From: Heptranchias perlo
Taxonomy: Eukaryota
NCBI RefSeq assembly: GCF_035084215.1
Contig: NC_090349.1
Location: 10,416,001 to 10,480,000, forward strand
Direction: 5' to 3'
Length of the DNA stretch: 64,000 bases
Shown: one piece after another, positions 25,914 through 39,404 of the stretch
Numbering within the stretch: the first letter of the stretch is position 1
How the letters are laid out: every line of letters starts with the position of its first letter
The notes under the pieces: generated by a model
Seen by the model: only the letters and a program-made list of their open reading frames with translations
Databases searched by the model: none
Told to the model about the DNA's origin: nothing
Position numbers and translations under genes: made by a program

Positions 25914-27100
25914 TTAGAAGAACCGTTCACATATCAGTGACTCCCTGGCCTCATGAGCAGCTAGGTGAGCCGCTGCTCTGCCCATGGGTTCCTCATCCTC
26001 CTCCTCCTCCTCCTCCATGTGGATGGCAGATGTGGACGGGGCCTCCTCAAGTGACACCCCTCTCTGTTGTGCCATGTTGTCCAGGGCACAACACACCACT
26101 ATAATGCATCCCATCTGTCTGGTGCGTATTGAAGCACTCCCCCAGAACGATCAAGGCACCTAAATCGCATCTTGAGCAGCCCTATAGCATGCTCAATTGT
26201 AGACCTGGTGTCAATGTGGCTGTCATTATATCGACGCTGTTGCTCAGTGATGGGGTTCCTCATAGGTGTCATGAGCCACGTATGCAGGGTGGTATCCCTG
26301 GTCCCCAAGGAGCCAGCCCTTAAGGGTGTTCGGTGCGTGGAAGAGGGGTGGAATGTTGGATTCCCTCAGGATGAAAGAATCGTGGCAGCTGCCAGGGAAT
26401 CTGGCGCACATGTGAAGGAATCTTTTGTGGTGGTCACAATCGAGCTGAGTGTTGATGGAATGATACCCCTTTCTGTTGATGAACTGTCCTGGGTTGTGTG
26501 GAAGTGCTTGTATTGCCAAATGCATGCAATCGATTACACCCTGCACCCATGGGAAGCCAGCTACAGAGTGGAATCCCACTGCCCTCTCCGTCTGGCTGAG
26601 GTCGTCAATGGGGAAGTTGACGTACTGCGAGACCCTGCGAAACAAGCCGTCAGTGACCTGCCTTATGCACTTGTGTGCAGACGACTGAGAGACCCCGGCA
26701 ATTCACCAGTGGCGCCCTAGAATGACCTGGAGGCGAAGAAGTTGAGGGCAGTGGTGACTTTGACAGCGACGGGTAATGAGATGCCACCAGGCCCAGCCGG
26801 GAGCAGCTTGGCATGAAGGAGGCTGCAGATGTCCGCAACTACCTGGTGACTCACTCTAAGTCTCCGTATGCGCTGCTGCTCAGAGAGGTCCAGGAAGCTG
26901 AGCCTTGATCTGTAGATCCTGTGGTGAGGGTAGTGCTTCCTGTGACATCGCTCTCTCTGTTGTTGCCCTCCGTGCTCTTGTTGCAGGTCCCTGTAGCGCA
27001 GCACTGTGTTGTGGAGCTCCACATGGCGGAGGTGGACGCCATGCCTGGCGAGGCTGGTGATGTTGCTCGTCCTCAGATGTATGGTGAATGCAGCCATGAC
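25914..27100 (-). pseudogene. Harbinger (HARBI1-like) DDE transposase, frameshifted
   Basis: Motifs LPVAVKVTTALNFFAS, GFPWVQGVIDCMH, FINRKGYHSIN, FPGSCHDSFIL, WLLGDQGY and TRSTIEHAIGLLKMRFRCL, spread over several frames. Confidence 0.9.
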
Positions 27101-27643
27101 GCCCCCCCCCCCACCCCCAATCCTGATGGTGGAAGTTTGAGGGGGTCTGAAAAGTTGTTAAATATGTGTGAAGAGAAGAATTGTGAGTGGAAAGTAAGAA
27201 TTTTCAGTGAAAACACAAAGATCTCCCAGCCAAAACTTTGTGTGAAAGAACAGAGTGCCCTGCAGCAAGAACTCACCTTTCCTCCCCATCTATCAAACAA
27301 GCATTTGAATGTCGAACTGGCTGCTGGCTGAAACACGTCTGGTCGAACATGGAGTGTTTCCCACAGCACAGGAAACACACTGAGGATGTTTCAAAATCGA
27401 ATCCCTGCCTTAATGTGGACAAAATTAAGTACTTTAAGTATCTAAATAAGTGCCTTAACTATCATCCCGCCGGCTTTAATTGCCGGTGGGACTTCCGCAT
27501 TCGGGAGGCGTGCGCGCACCCAGTCGCGTCAATGGGGAACCTGGAAGTCTGTGGGTTGGAGCCGGGTTCCGAAAGGGCTAGGGATTTTCGTGATTTTCGG
27601 TGCCCCAAAGTACCTGCAATTTAATTTTAAAATTGACCCCATT

Positions 27644-28270
27644 GGATTGGAAACAAGAAACCTATTTACACGATGGATGGAACTCCATTAACAAAGGTGA
27701 GAAAGAATCAAGATTTGGGTGTTATTTTTGAACATTTACTAAACATTTCCAGTCAATGCAAAGTCATCGTTAGCAAGACGCATCTAGTTCTGGAATGTAT
27801 CTCCAGGGCATTTGATTACAAGTTGAAACAGGCTATTTTAAGCCTTTATAACTCACTGGTGAGGCCACATTTGGTGTGCTGTGTGCAATTATAGGCATGT
27901 CGCCTTCAAAACTATATTAATGGATTGGAGGTGGTTCAAAGAGCAACAAGGATGATTCTGGGACTCAGAATGCAAAGTTACAAGAAGAGCTAGTGAAACT
28001 GAACTTGTTCTCCATGCAGAAAAAAATTGAAACAGGACATGGTCCAGATCTTCAACATGCTTAAAGTTGCCTATAATGTAGACAGGAACAGATTATTTAA
28101 CTTAAACTGGAAACGTCGGACTGCAATGTATGTCCAAAATTAGGCAAATCTGAAGCGAGGCTGGAGAACTATTTTTCCCCCACAGTGCAGTGGTTGCCTG
28201 GACCAGGATTCAATACTGGTGAATGCTATGTCATGCTGCACAAGTATCTGGTTAAGAATAGGATTTTAAG
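27644..28270 (+). mobile_element. Old decayed CR1 fragment (host of the Harbinger; upstream pieces at ~21280-22960)
   Basis: DLGVIF...LSLYNSLVRPHLVCCVQL. Confidence 0.65.
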
Positions 28271-29013
28271 TTAAAAGAACACTTCGCAGGACACTTTGGC
28301 TGCAGCCCAGTGGGGAGCCACAGGAGAATCATGTGTCCGAGGCCTCTAGTTAGGGTTAAATAATGTAGATTCATACCATGAGATTTAACCCCCTTCCCGC
28401 CCCAATCTCCACCCCCTCCTCCTCAGAGGGTCAGGAATAATTTTCATAGTTTTACCTAATTGTCAGTTTTTGCTTTCCCCTTTGATTGTGTCAATTTTCT
28501 CCTCAGTCACTCTGCACTATGCACCTGTGGCCGACAGGGTGGGAAGGTGACCTCTTTCTAGGTTCTGCCAATGCTGCTCCAGTGTAGATGCTAGAGTTGA
28601 GGAACAGTGACTAGGGGGTGATTCTCTCACCATTTTTCTATCCCCTTGTAGGGATGTTCCTAACAACTAACCAGCACCTTCTCACAGCAGTATGACTGAG
28701 TACAGGAACTCAGTCAAACTATAAGTGAGGAATTATGCCAAATACCTTTCACTGGGTGAGAAGATTTTGCTGTGAAATTTTCTGAAATGCCAGGTGTGCC
28801 GTTTTATACAATTAGTCTTTCTACCCCAAATTACCACCTCTATCTACAATAAGGAAAATACAGTTCTCTCCCTTTACCTCTCTTCTCCTGACGTTCTCTG
28901 GGACATGGGCAATGGCCACACTCCAATACTTGGCCCGAGTGTTGAACGTTCATCTGTGAGCAATGACGGTGAATATTGGCTGGGCAAACACAGCCAGGCC
29001 TGACCATATGTAA

Positions 29014-29196
29014 GGGCTGATTTTAACTTTCAGTGGTGGCAGAAAACAAGCAGCAGCGAATCGACTGCCCATTATACACACTGTCCAATTTTCCTTTTCG
29101 TTGATTTAAATATAAAGTAAAATCATATGGCTGTATAAAGGGAGGCTGATCTGCTAGCGCCAGTTTTCCACTACCACGGAAACTTAAGATCAACCG
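29014..29196. mobile_element. Harbinger-type MITE with TAA TSD
   Basis: taa|gggctgattttaa ... ttaagatcaaccg|taa; internal inverted repeat gtggtggcagaaaac / gttttccactaccac. Confidence 0.6.
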
Positions 29197-32100
29197 TAAA
29201 GTGTTCGCACACATACTTGCAGCAAGTCACTTGATAGCAATCAGGATTAGGAATCCTGGCCAATTTCCCTGCCCCCCCACAACAATTGGTCTCATAATGT
29301 ATCCAAGTAAAGGGAGAGGGAGGAGATCAGCTAATTCAGCACAAACCTGAGACACTGAATGTGTAGAGTTGGGAAGGAAAACCCCCCATTCCCTATTTAA
29401 CTGCATGCTGAATAGACTAAGACATTGTTTCTTTTTACAAAGAAACTTCCTAATCAGTATTTATTTAAAAAAAATCTTTCTTTCTACCAGCAGCGGGATG
29501 GTTGACTGTAAGTAATTTATTTCAGGAGAATACTGACTTTCAACTAAACCATTTCTCCTTGTGATAATTTGAGTTAGAAGTCTGAGCAGAACTGTGGGTG
29601 CTCCGTGCTGTACCCTCTTATATCTGACTTGAGATTGGCTTGTTGGCCAGGGGCTGCAGAAACTATAACCTGGTGCAAACTGCATGTCTATATCTAACCA
29701 GATGTATAAGTTATATGTATATGATCTAACGATGTGAATAAAGCGAATTGAGAGTTAAGAGAGAATTCTCCTTTGTCTTTCACAAAACTTAGCTAATTCA
29801 AACCGGTTCCAGCCAGCTCAGACCAGCGACTGAACTCAGGTTACTTCAGTTCAAAAGTTGCTTTTGCCTGTGTGTCAGCAGTTTAGAATAAACTCAGTAG
29901 TTTCCGCTCCCTGGCCAACGGGCTAATTGTCTTTCATGTAGGACCCCTATAACCAGGAAAGAGGAGGCCTTTTGTTTTCAGTTTTCCTCCCTTACCCCTC
30001 CTCTCCTGAAGATGAAGACATGTTGTGCTATAGTTCTATGGATGCTGGTGGTCTTCTGGTAGCTTGTCAAAATAGAGACATTTAATGTGTGAGCCTGGAG
30101 AGTTGGCAGGTTATTTGACTGTGGAGATCACCAGGGCAGAGCCTGATCAATTCTTACCTTATATTCATGCACACATGCATATTTCTAGTAGAACTTATTT
30201 AGTAACAATCAGGGGTGGAAACCAAGTTTAACTTTCCCCGCCCTCCCAAGTCCAGGGACGCTGATGCCAATTGTAGCCCCCTCACCGCTGCCCTGACTAA
30301 TTAATAGCCCTGACCAAGGATTGGCCATCGTGGACTGTATGGCTCAGTGGGGCATTTATCCACTCAGTCATTAGGGAGCCATAGGAACTCTATTTTTAAG
30401 GCACTACATAATGAATGTAGAATGAACAATTATAACCTAAGGCTATCGTAATGTGACCCATTTGGAATGTGAACTGATATGACTGAAGAGGGGCTTTGTA
30501 TCTTGCCAGTGATGAATAACCAGAATGTTGAAGATTTGATGTACTGATATAATCTGACACTCAACTCCTGCGGGCATCTGAGATGATTTTGTAAAAGTCA
30601 TTATCAGCCACTACAAGTGTAACTCACCGTGAATGGAGACTGCTCTCTGCCTTAGAGCCAGACTCGGCCTTCTCCAACAAGCAATCATGAATAAAGGATT
30701 CTGCACTGGCAAAGTGGCTACACTGAGACGCTTTGCCCTGAATAAATGTTCTAATGGCTGTCAACAGTTGGTGATTTTCTGGTTTTTGCAGTAACTTTAC
30801 TGTCATTGCAAAGTTTGCCATGCATCACACAAATTCATTAACAACAAATAATTAGGTGAAAGTCCTGATGTCCTTGATTCACTGAGGGTGCCTTTACACT
30901 TGCAGCTAACTTCAGGTTCTAGTCAGGTAGAACTGTGCTCACATTGCCTAGCTGCTGCCTGGCTGAACCTGTAACAGTTTTGCCCAAGAGAGACCTGTGC
31001 ACGTGGCTGGATACAGATATAGGCTGAGCTCTCTCCTAACAGTTAAAAATATAAATGTTTAGAAAGCTCTAAAGGTTTTTAAAGTGCCTAGGGGGCCAAA
31101 TGGGTTTGCACACCATATGAAGCATTGCATGATTACCTGCTCCAGGGAGTCTCAATCTGCTTCACTCCAGTCAGCTGAAGCTCTGTTTACAGATTTAGTG
31201 TCAGTGAGAATCTGAAATTGCTTTATACCGATGCGAACCCACAGTGTAAATGCTCCTTTAAACACTGTCTTGAGGCAATGTATCGCCCGGTCATGAAGCT
31301 GGGGTGATGGTGGTGAATCCATTGCTGTCTCCTGTACTAGGGCTCCCAGCTCTTGATCCAATTTTTAGCCAAAATATTCTCATGTAGCCATTCCTGTGTG
31401 TTGCCAAAAACTAAATGCAACATAAAAAAAGAGTATGAAACATTGCAAGTGTGGAAAGGCGATTTTTTGGGGGGTGATTTCCAAATACAAATGCTGCCTT
31501 TTTCATAGCTAGTCATTATTCACAGTTTATTTGCACTCAACAATCCTTCCTGACCATTGCTCCTGCTCTGCGGTTCTCTTATCAGCTGAAAGAGGACTGA
31601 TCCAGATAGTAGGTGAGGAAAGGGTTGTCCTTGAGCGACGTCTATTGTGTATTAAAAGTTCATAATAGTGAGTGGGTTGCAACACTCCATTTCAAAATGC
31701 ATTGGGAATTCCCATATCAGGCTCTGTCTATGGCAAAACATATTTCAAATGAGTCAACATTTACCACTGTTCTGCCTGTAGGAGGTTTTTAATGTTAAAT
31801 AGCACATAGGATTAGCTACTAAAACAGCTGTTACATAGTATTTGAGAGATAATACCAAAAAAAACTTTTCCTCGTAGCACCCAATCTCTAGCCCCTCCAT
31901 GGGTCCGCAAACCCACTGCCCACTCTCTGCAGTCTGTGGCCCAATCACCTGACCCCACCAATTCCCATTGCTCCCACCCATCCACTCGCTTACTTCCTTA
32001 ACCTCCCACCCACCCGAATGCACACTCACCAACGCCTGTTCCTCTGCTCACTCTGTTTTTTCACCCAGTTCTCCCCTTCACTGATCAGCACTTTGACCTT

Positions 32101-32399
32101 TTCCCCTTCCCCCAGCAGCATTTCAGCCAAAGGTGATCACCCTCCTCCTCACTATGCAGGGAAATCATCCTTTCCCTACTGCTCCCACTCCACAGTGCAT
32201 CAAAACGGGCCCCAGGAATCTGTTCTCCAACACCATATCATCCCAACCCAGACCACCACGCTCCCTAGTCCTCCCCTTCCCCTCTCTCTTCCCTGTCCCC
32301 ATCCCCTCCTCTTTACTACTCCTCTCTCCCTCCCCAACACTCTCCCCCTCTATCTACAACCTAAGGCTATCGTAATGTGGCCCATTTAGAATGTGAACC

Positions 32400-35300
32400 T
32401 ATCAGCTGTACTAATTAGAGATAACATAATTGCAGTAGAAAAAAGGGACCTAACTAACATTAAGATAGAAACAGAATCCATATGGATTGAGATGAAGGAT
32501 GAGAAGGGATCGATCACATTAATAGGGGTATTTTACAGATCCCCTAATAGTGGAAGGGAAATGGAGGAAGAAATATGTAGGCAAATCTATGAAATGAATA
32601 AAAGACATAATCATGGGAGATTTCAACTACCCCAAATAAACTGGCAAGAAGAGGTAGGGAAAGGGAAAAGGGAGTGGAGCTTTTACAGCTTGTACAGGAC
32701 TCCTTTCTAACCTCGTACGTAAGAAGCCTAACAAGAGAGCAATCACTGCTGGATCTAGTAATGGGAAATGAACCAGAGCAGATAAGAGAAGTAAGTGTAG
32801 GAGAACATCTAGGCAATAGCGATCATAACATAATAAGGTTTAAAATAATGATTAAGAAAGATATAAGTAAGACAAAGACCAAAGTAATAGATTGGAAAAT
32901 AGCTAATTTTGAGGGGATGAGAATGGAACTAGAAAAGGTAAATTGGAAAAAGTTTTGAGAGATAAAGAGAGAGAAAAACAGTGGGAAATATTTAAAATGG
33001 TGATCAATAGAGTTCAGGAGAAATATATTCTGCTAAAAAAACAAGAACAAACTAGCCAAGAATGAAACACTGTGGATGAATAAAGAGATAAAGGTAAAAT
33101 TGAAACTAAAAAAAAGGCATACACTAAGTACACAGACAATAAAGGAGGATGACAAAAGGGAATACGAAAAGGTTAGGAAAGAAGTCAAAAAACAATTAGG
33201 AAAACAAAGAGGTACTACAAAATTAAATTGAAGAATATAAAAAGAAATAGTATTCTACAGACCCATAAATAACAAAAGAAAAATCAGGCTAGGGATAGGG
33301 CCATTAAGGGATGCACAAAATAAACCCACAGTTAATGACAGTGAAATGGCAGAAATATTGAACAGTTACTTTGCCCCAATATTTACCAGGGAGACTAACA
33401 AGGTGGGCAGGACATTAGAAGAAGAGATCAAAAAAGAAGACATTTAAGATAGAAAGGGGGGAGATAATTGGTAAACTAATCAAACTTAGAGAGGATAAAA
33501 CCCCTGGTCTGGATGGATTGCATCCACGCATATTAAAAGAAGTTGGGGAATAAATAGCAAAGGCACTATTACATATATAAGAACATAAGAAATAGGAGCA
33601 GGAGTAGGTCGTATGGCCCCTCGAGCCTGCTCCGCCATTCAATAAGATCATGGGTGATCTTCAACCTCAAGTCCACTTTCCTACCCTATCCCCATATCTC
33701 TTGATTCCCTTAGTGTCGACGTGTATGTTAGCTCCTGATTTCAATCAATGGGGGGTTGCCAATGGAAATAAGGCAGTTACCCACAGCAAGAGTTAAAAAT
33801 GTTTTTTTGGGTTCAGCGGCCTATTTCAATAGGCTTTTTTGACTTGCCGCAAAGAAGCGTGAGGCACCTATGCCTGATAATAGCATTCCTGTGTCATCTC
33901 TTGTTTCATTGGTTGTAAAAAGCTTTGGGGTGTCCTGAGGTAAATTATTATATATAAAGATTCATTAGAAAAGAGAATAGTGCCAGGGGACTGGCGGACA
34001 GCTAACGTTATACCTATATTTAAAAAGGGGGCTAGAACAAGTCCAGGAAACTATAGACCAATTAGCTTAACTTCGGTGGTAGGAAAGATAATGGCCTCCT
34101 TACTTAAAGATGTGATAGAAAGATATCTAGAGAACAAAAGTATAGTAAAGAATAGTCAGCACGGATTTCAAAAATGAAAGTCATGCTTAACCAACCTTAT
34201 TGAATTCTTTGAAGAAGTAACAGAAATAGTAGACAAGGGTAATGCAGTAGATATAATATATTTGGATTTCCAAAAGGCCTTCTATAAAGGTACCGCATAG
34301 TAGACTCATGATTAAGGTCAGAGCATGTAGAGTCAGGGGACAGGTAGCAGAATGGATAGCAAGCTGGCTATAAAACAGAAAGCAGAGAGTAGGGGTTAAG
34401 AGTAGCTACTCAGACTGGCAAAAGGTGGGAAGTGGTGTTCCACAGGGATCGGTGCTGGGACCACAGTTGTTCAAAATTTACATTAATGATTTCGACTCAG
34501 GAATTGCAAGTATAATTTCAAAATTTGCAGACGACACCAAATTGGGAGGTGTACTTAATGCAAAGGAAGAATGCGACAAAATACAGGAAGACAATAATAA
34601 ACTTGCAGAATGGGCATGTAATTGTCAAATGAATTTCAATATAGATAATTGTGAGGTGGTGCATTTTGATAGGAAGAATAAGGAGGCCACATACTGCTTT
34701 TGGATAATAAGAGTCTAAATGAGGTAGAGCAGCCAAGGGATCTAGGGGTACAGATACACAAATCACTAAAAGTAACGACGCAGGTTAATAAGGCCATTAA
34801 AAAAGCAAACCAAGCACTGGGGTTCATGTCTTGAGGGATAGAATTGAAAAGCAGAGAAGTTATGTTAAACTTGTATAGAATCTTGGTTAGACCACACTTG
34901 GAGTGCTGTGCACAGGTTCTGTTCTCCATATTATAAGAAAGATATAGAGGCATTATAGAAGGAGCAAAAAAGATTCACAAGGATGATACCAGAACTGAGA
35001 GGATATACTTATCAGGAAAGGCTGAACAGGCTGGGGCTCTTTTCTCTAGAAAAGAGAAGGCTGAGGGGTGACCTGATAGGGTAGATGCAGAAAAAATGTT
35101 TCCACTTGTGGGGGAGTCCAAAACTAGAGGTCATAAATATAAAATAGTCACTAATAAATCCAATAGAGAATTCAGGAGAAACGTTATTACCCAAAGAGCG
35201 GTAAGAATGTGGAACTTGCTACCACAAGGAGTAGTTGAGGCAAATAGCATAGATACATTTAAGGAGAAACTAGACAAGCATGAGGGGGAAAGGAATAGAG

Positions 35301-35413
35301 GATTTGCTGATTGGGTTAGATGAAGAGGGGTGGTAGGAGGCCCATGTGTAGCATAAACGCCAGCATAGACAGGTTGGGCCGAGTGGCCTGTTTCTGTGCT
35401 ATGGACTCTATGT
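32400..35413 (+). mobile_element. 5'-truncated decayed CR1 LINE (endonuclease to 3' tail), same subfamily as 15944-20460, with an insert at ~33580-33945
   Basis: HLGNSDHNIIRF, NYRPISLTSVVGK, GVPQGSVLGPQLF, KFADDTK; tail ctctatgta. Confidence 0.9.
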
Positions 35414-37989
35414 AACCTCCCTTCTCCTCCCTCTCTCCTCCCCACCCTTTTCTCCATCGCATCGCTAATGCCCACACCTTTTCATCTCCAACTCCTCTCA
35501 TATTCCCTCGCCCCCTCCTCTCCCATCACCCTCTCCCAGTTCAGTTATCCCCCGTCTTGAGACGTTAGGCACTTTGGGACGTTTTACTACATTAAAAGCA
35601 CTATATAAATTTGTTGTCCTCTAATTGCACTTGGTCTTGACTCACAATGTGCAACATCCTTTGACCTCACTGTGAGTGTGGCCGAGTATTTATGAAAACC
35701 GCAAGGTTGTAGAGTCATGATCAAAGGTCAGGGACCGAATAATCTTTTTAAACAAATTCTATTTTAACAAATTCTATTTTAACCATAGATTTTAAGCAAG
35801 GTTTCCTGTGCTCACAGGAAGCCCTGTGCTGTCTGGGAGACCTGTATCCACCGCCACAATGCATTTCCCAACGCTGAAGCTGTGGGGATAGTGAATTCAC
35901 TGATCTCTCCTGTAAGGGTGAAGACAAATAAACAATTAGACCTCATGTGATGGCAGTGACATCACCTAAAGAAGTGCGTGCCATCACATGTGGCAGTTTC
36001 ACTGAAAAAGGTTATGTGAAAAGCACAATTTTTTTTTCTCATCAATGGAAATTTGAGGTTAGGAAATTAAAAAAAACAATGTTTTGTTTCTTCTAGTTGC
36101 TCCCATTCTTGTGCCTGGATTTTGGAGCCCACACTGGCTCTCGCTGCACCACTCACTGTATGCAGAGTGAAACCTTCAATATTGTATTAATGAGCACAGG
36201 ACTGATCCACATGTGGTGAATTGGGGTCAGTGCTGAATGTTATAGGCCTATGCAGGCAGTCAAACTACTCTTTGGGATGAATGCTCCCATAAAGTTCCAC
36301 GAACCACACCAACTGGTTTGCAGGTTTGCTAAACACCACATTGGCATCTGGTGGCAGGGACAACACAGTAAAGGATGACCACACAAAGTTGATTCAGTAG
36401 GGATATAATTAGGGGCAAGACTTCCCTCTCCTCTCTACAAAGTTATATCCCACCCCACCTTTTTCTGAAGGGCAGCTAATTCTAAGTCAGTTGTTTTTGA
36501 CAGTCGAATTTAGTTTACCACCCCCTTATGCTTTTCCTTTCTTGACTACCTCAGACTCAGGGAGGGGGAGTTCAGGTGCTCAGCTGTTCTGCAGACAGGA
36601 ACAAGGAGGAAATACATTGGTCAGGTCAGGCAGAGCAATGAGGCTGATAAGGAGGCCAGGACTTTGCTGCCCTTATGGTAAAGGGAAAATACTGAGTCCA
36701 ACATAATGTGACATAAGTAAAGACTAACTGACGCCAGCATAGATGCTAATGATTGCCACCAACAGCAAGCAAAACAAAGACCTGGAAGGTGCCAAGTTGG
36801 GATTAACTTCCTTACCTGCTACAAGGTACAGTACATCCTGACTATTTAAGTAATGTTTTGTAAAAAAAATCTAATGGCCCACCCATGCTGGTCTCAGGCC
36901 AATGCATACCCTTTGGCGACCAGGAAGTGGCATTAAAATCAGCAGGTGCAAATTGCCCACGCTATCTGGATTCTGGATAACTGATCGGATGGCTCCCTGC
37001 AATTCAGGATGACTCCCTGCAGTTCAGAATATTAAAATCTGCTGATCTGTTTGTGCTTGCAAGCAATGCCATTGACAAAAATCCTGCTCTCCAAAATTTG
37101 CTATCCTCCCCCTAATTCTACACCCTTTAATCTTCTCCAGTTGTCCCTTTCATGGTAGCTTGCCGAAAGCTTTCTGAAAGTCTATGTATACCATGTTGAC
37201 TGCATTTCTGCCTTCCACCATATCTGTCACCTCCTCAAAGATGCTCCTCTCTGAAAGCCATATTCTAATATCTCTTCATCTAGACTTTAGTAATTGCACC
37301 TTCAATTAAAGATTCCAAAATTTGTCCTACATAGATGTTAAACTAAATGGCCTGTAATTACCTGGGTAAGCTCTGTCTCTCTTGAAAAGGTATTATATTG
37401 GCCACTCTACTGTCCCCTGGCACACATTCACTCTCAATAGAACCCTGGGTCTTAATGGGGCCAAGATGAACCTCAATACAGGGAAGCATTTACCTTAAGT
37501 TAAAATAAACATACATTGCTCCCAAAGGGCCATGAAACCATTATATCTGTCTATATAAAAGTTTTAAGAGCATCTGTTTAACAGAGGTTTTTAAATTATG
37601 AAAGGTTTTTATAGGATGAATCGGGAAAGGATATTTCCTCTGGTTGGGGTGTCAGTATTGAGGGGTCATCAATTTAAAATTGTCACTAAGAGAACGAGGA
37701 GAGGATTTAGGAGAAATTTCTTTTTGTGGAGAATTTTTGGTGCACGGAATGCTTTGCCACAGATAAATATTTGAAGCAGATGATGATACAGGGCTATGGG
37801 GAGAAAGCAGGGCCGTGAGATTAGTTTGCATTATCTCTGGCAAAGAGCCAGTACAGACAGCATAGGCCAAATGGCCTCATGCTGTGCAGTTACTGTCTAT
37901 GGTTATACTTCAAAGTTTAAAAAAAAGAAAGGCAATCATTTCATGCTCCAATCAGTCACAGTTTAATTAGTTTTGGTGGGGGGGTACTA

Positions 37990-38220
37990 GGTAAGAATGT
38001 GGAACTCACTACAACAAGGAGTAGTTGAGGCGACTAGCATAGAAGCATTTAAGGGGAAGCTAGATAAGCACATGAGCGAGAAAGGAATAGAAGGATATGC
38101 TGATAGGGTTAGATGAGGAGGGGTGGGAGGGGGCTTATGTGGAGTGTAAACACCAGCATGGACCAGTTGGGCCAAATGGCCTTTTTCTGTGCTATAGACC
38201 CTATCTCTATGTAATCTATA
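37990..38220 (+). mobile_element. CR1 3' end fragment
   Basis: gtaagaatgtggaactcactac...ctctatgtaatctata, homologous to 35200-35413. Confidence 0.75.
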
Positions 38221-39218
38221 AACTTCCCTCATCTACAGCAATTAACCTGTAATTCACCAGAGGATGTTTAAAGCAAAGAAACCTTGTGGCTGTAAAGAAG
38301 CAGGTTATCTTAAACATAGATCCATTTTAGCAGCAGATAATATAATGTGTATTACATGATAAATTGTTCATATTTACCAGAAAATTGTATCATTCAATTT
38401 ACAGTGAGCCGTACCACAGGAGATTCAATAGTATTGTATAAAATAACATATGTATGGGGATCTTTCCAAAAACCTAGACACATTGCAGCAGAACACACAT
38501 CACAGATGGTCAATATCATTAAGATGTCAGCAAAAGCCATTAGTCAAGTGCTTCCATAAACAAGGGCAATTGTTTGTAGACAGTTGGTGCAATTTTCTCT
38601 TCGCCTCAAACTAGTAATTGTCTGTCAGGCAACCAGTTTTTAGCAGTGGTGTTGGACAAGGAGCTGGGATTCTTTTTCCATTCAGGCTGATGATAGCCAC
38701 TTGAATGTGGTCATGGTGTCTGAACACAATGCAGCAGCAGAGATCAGATAGGAGCAGATTCTTCTGCTTCTCTAAAACTGGCATCTACACTAATTGCCCG
38801 GAAACTGTTAATAATTAGTATAGAACAACAGCTATGAACACAGTGTGAATATCACTCTGCCTGAGGTGCTAATTAAAGTGAGAGTAGCAGTTTGCAAACA
38901 TCACTGGTTATTTTTGTACAATTTCAAGCAGGCTCATTGAAAGCAATTTTAAAAAACTAGATCACAGAAAGGGATCATGTGTATCTGTGCACACCGCAGG
39001 CAATGCGCCATGATACTGTAAGTAGTTTCATTTCTTAAAAAGCAATGTACATTTGTACAAAACATGCATTTAATTGTATTAACTAATAACATTGAATCAG
39101 ATCAGTGAGAATCAGCTCTGACAAATTTAATGGAGTTCTTTGAGGTATGGACTGATAAAGGAAATGCAGTAGATGTTAAAGTGCCACACAGGCTTATTAA
39201 TAAAATTAAGGCATAAAG

Positions 39219-39404
39219 GTGGTGAAATTCGACTTTGGTGGGGGATGCAAAGCAGGCGGTAATGGATTGGCTGCCAGTTATACGTCCCGCCTGATTCTCC
39301 TTTCCATTGCAGTCAATGGAAATAAAAATCAGGCGGGGTGTAAAGTGGGCGGCCGATCCGCTACTGCCCATGTTACGCCCACCGGCAGAGTTGAATTTCA
39401 CCCC
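39219..39404. mobile_element. Harbinger-type MITE inserted in a CR1 relic
   Basis: Termini ggtgaaattcgact / agttgaatttcacc; internal cccgcctgatt / aatcaggcggg. Confidence 0.65.

Larger units (their letters stand above)
23480..27640. mobile_element. Full-length PIF/Harbinger DNA transposon (two convergent genes, both disrupted)
   Basis: Imperfect termini ggccccgatatt / aaaattgacccc flanked by an ATT TSD (23477-23479, 27641-27643). Contains a SANT gene (+) and a DDE transposase (-). Confidence 0.9.

Noticed and set aside
23559-27100. Domesticated host genes HARBI1 / NAIF1 / MSANTD
   Set aside because: Both genes are frameshifted and lie between TIRs with a TSD, so this is a transposon copy.
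35750-35783. Tandem duplication aacaaattctatttt x2
   Set aside because: Ordinary short slippage duplication with no further structure.
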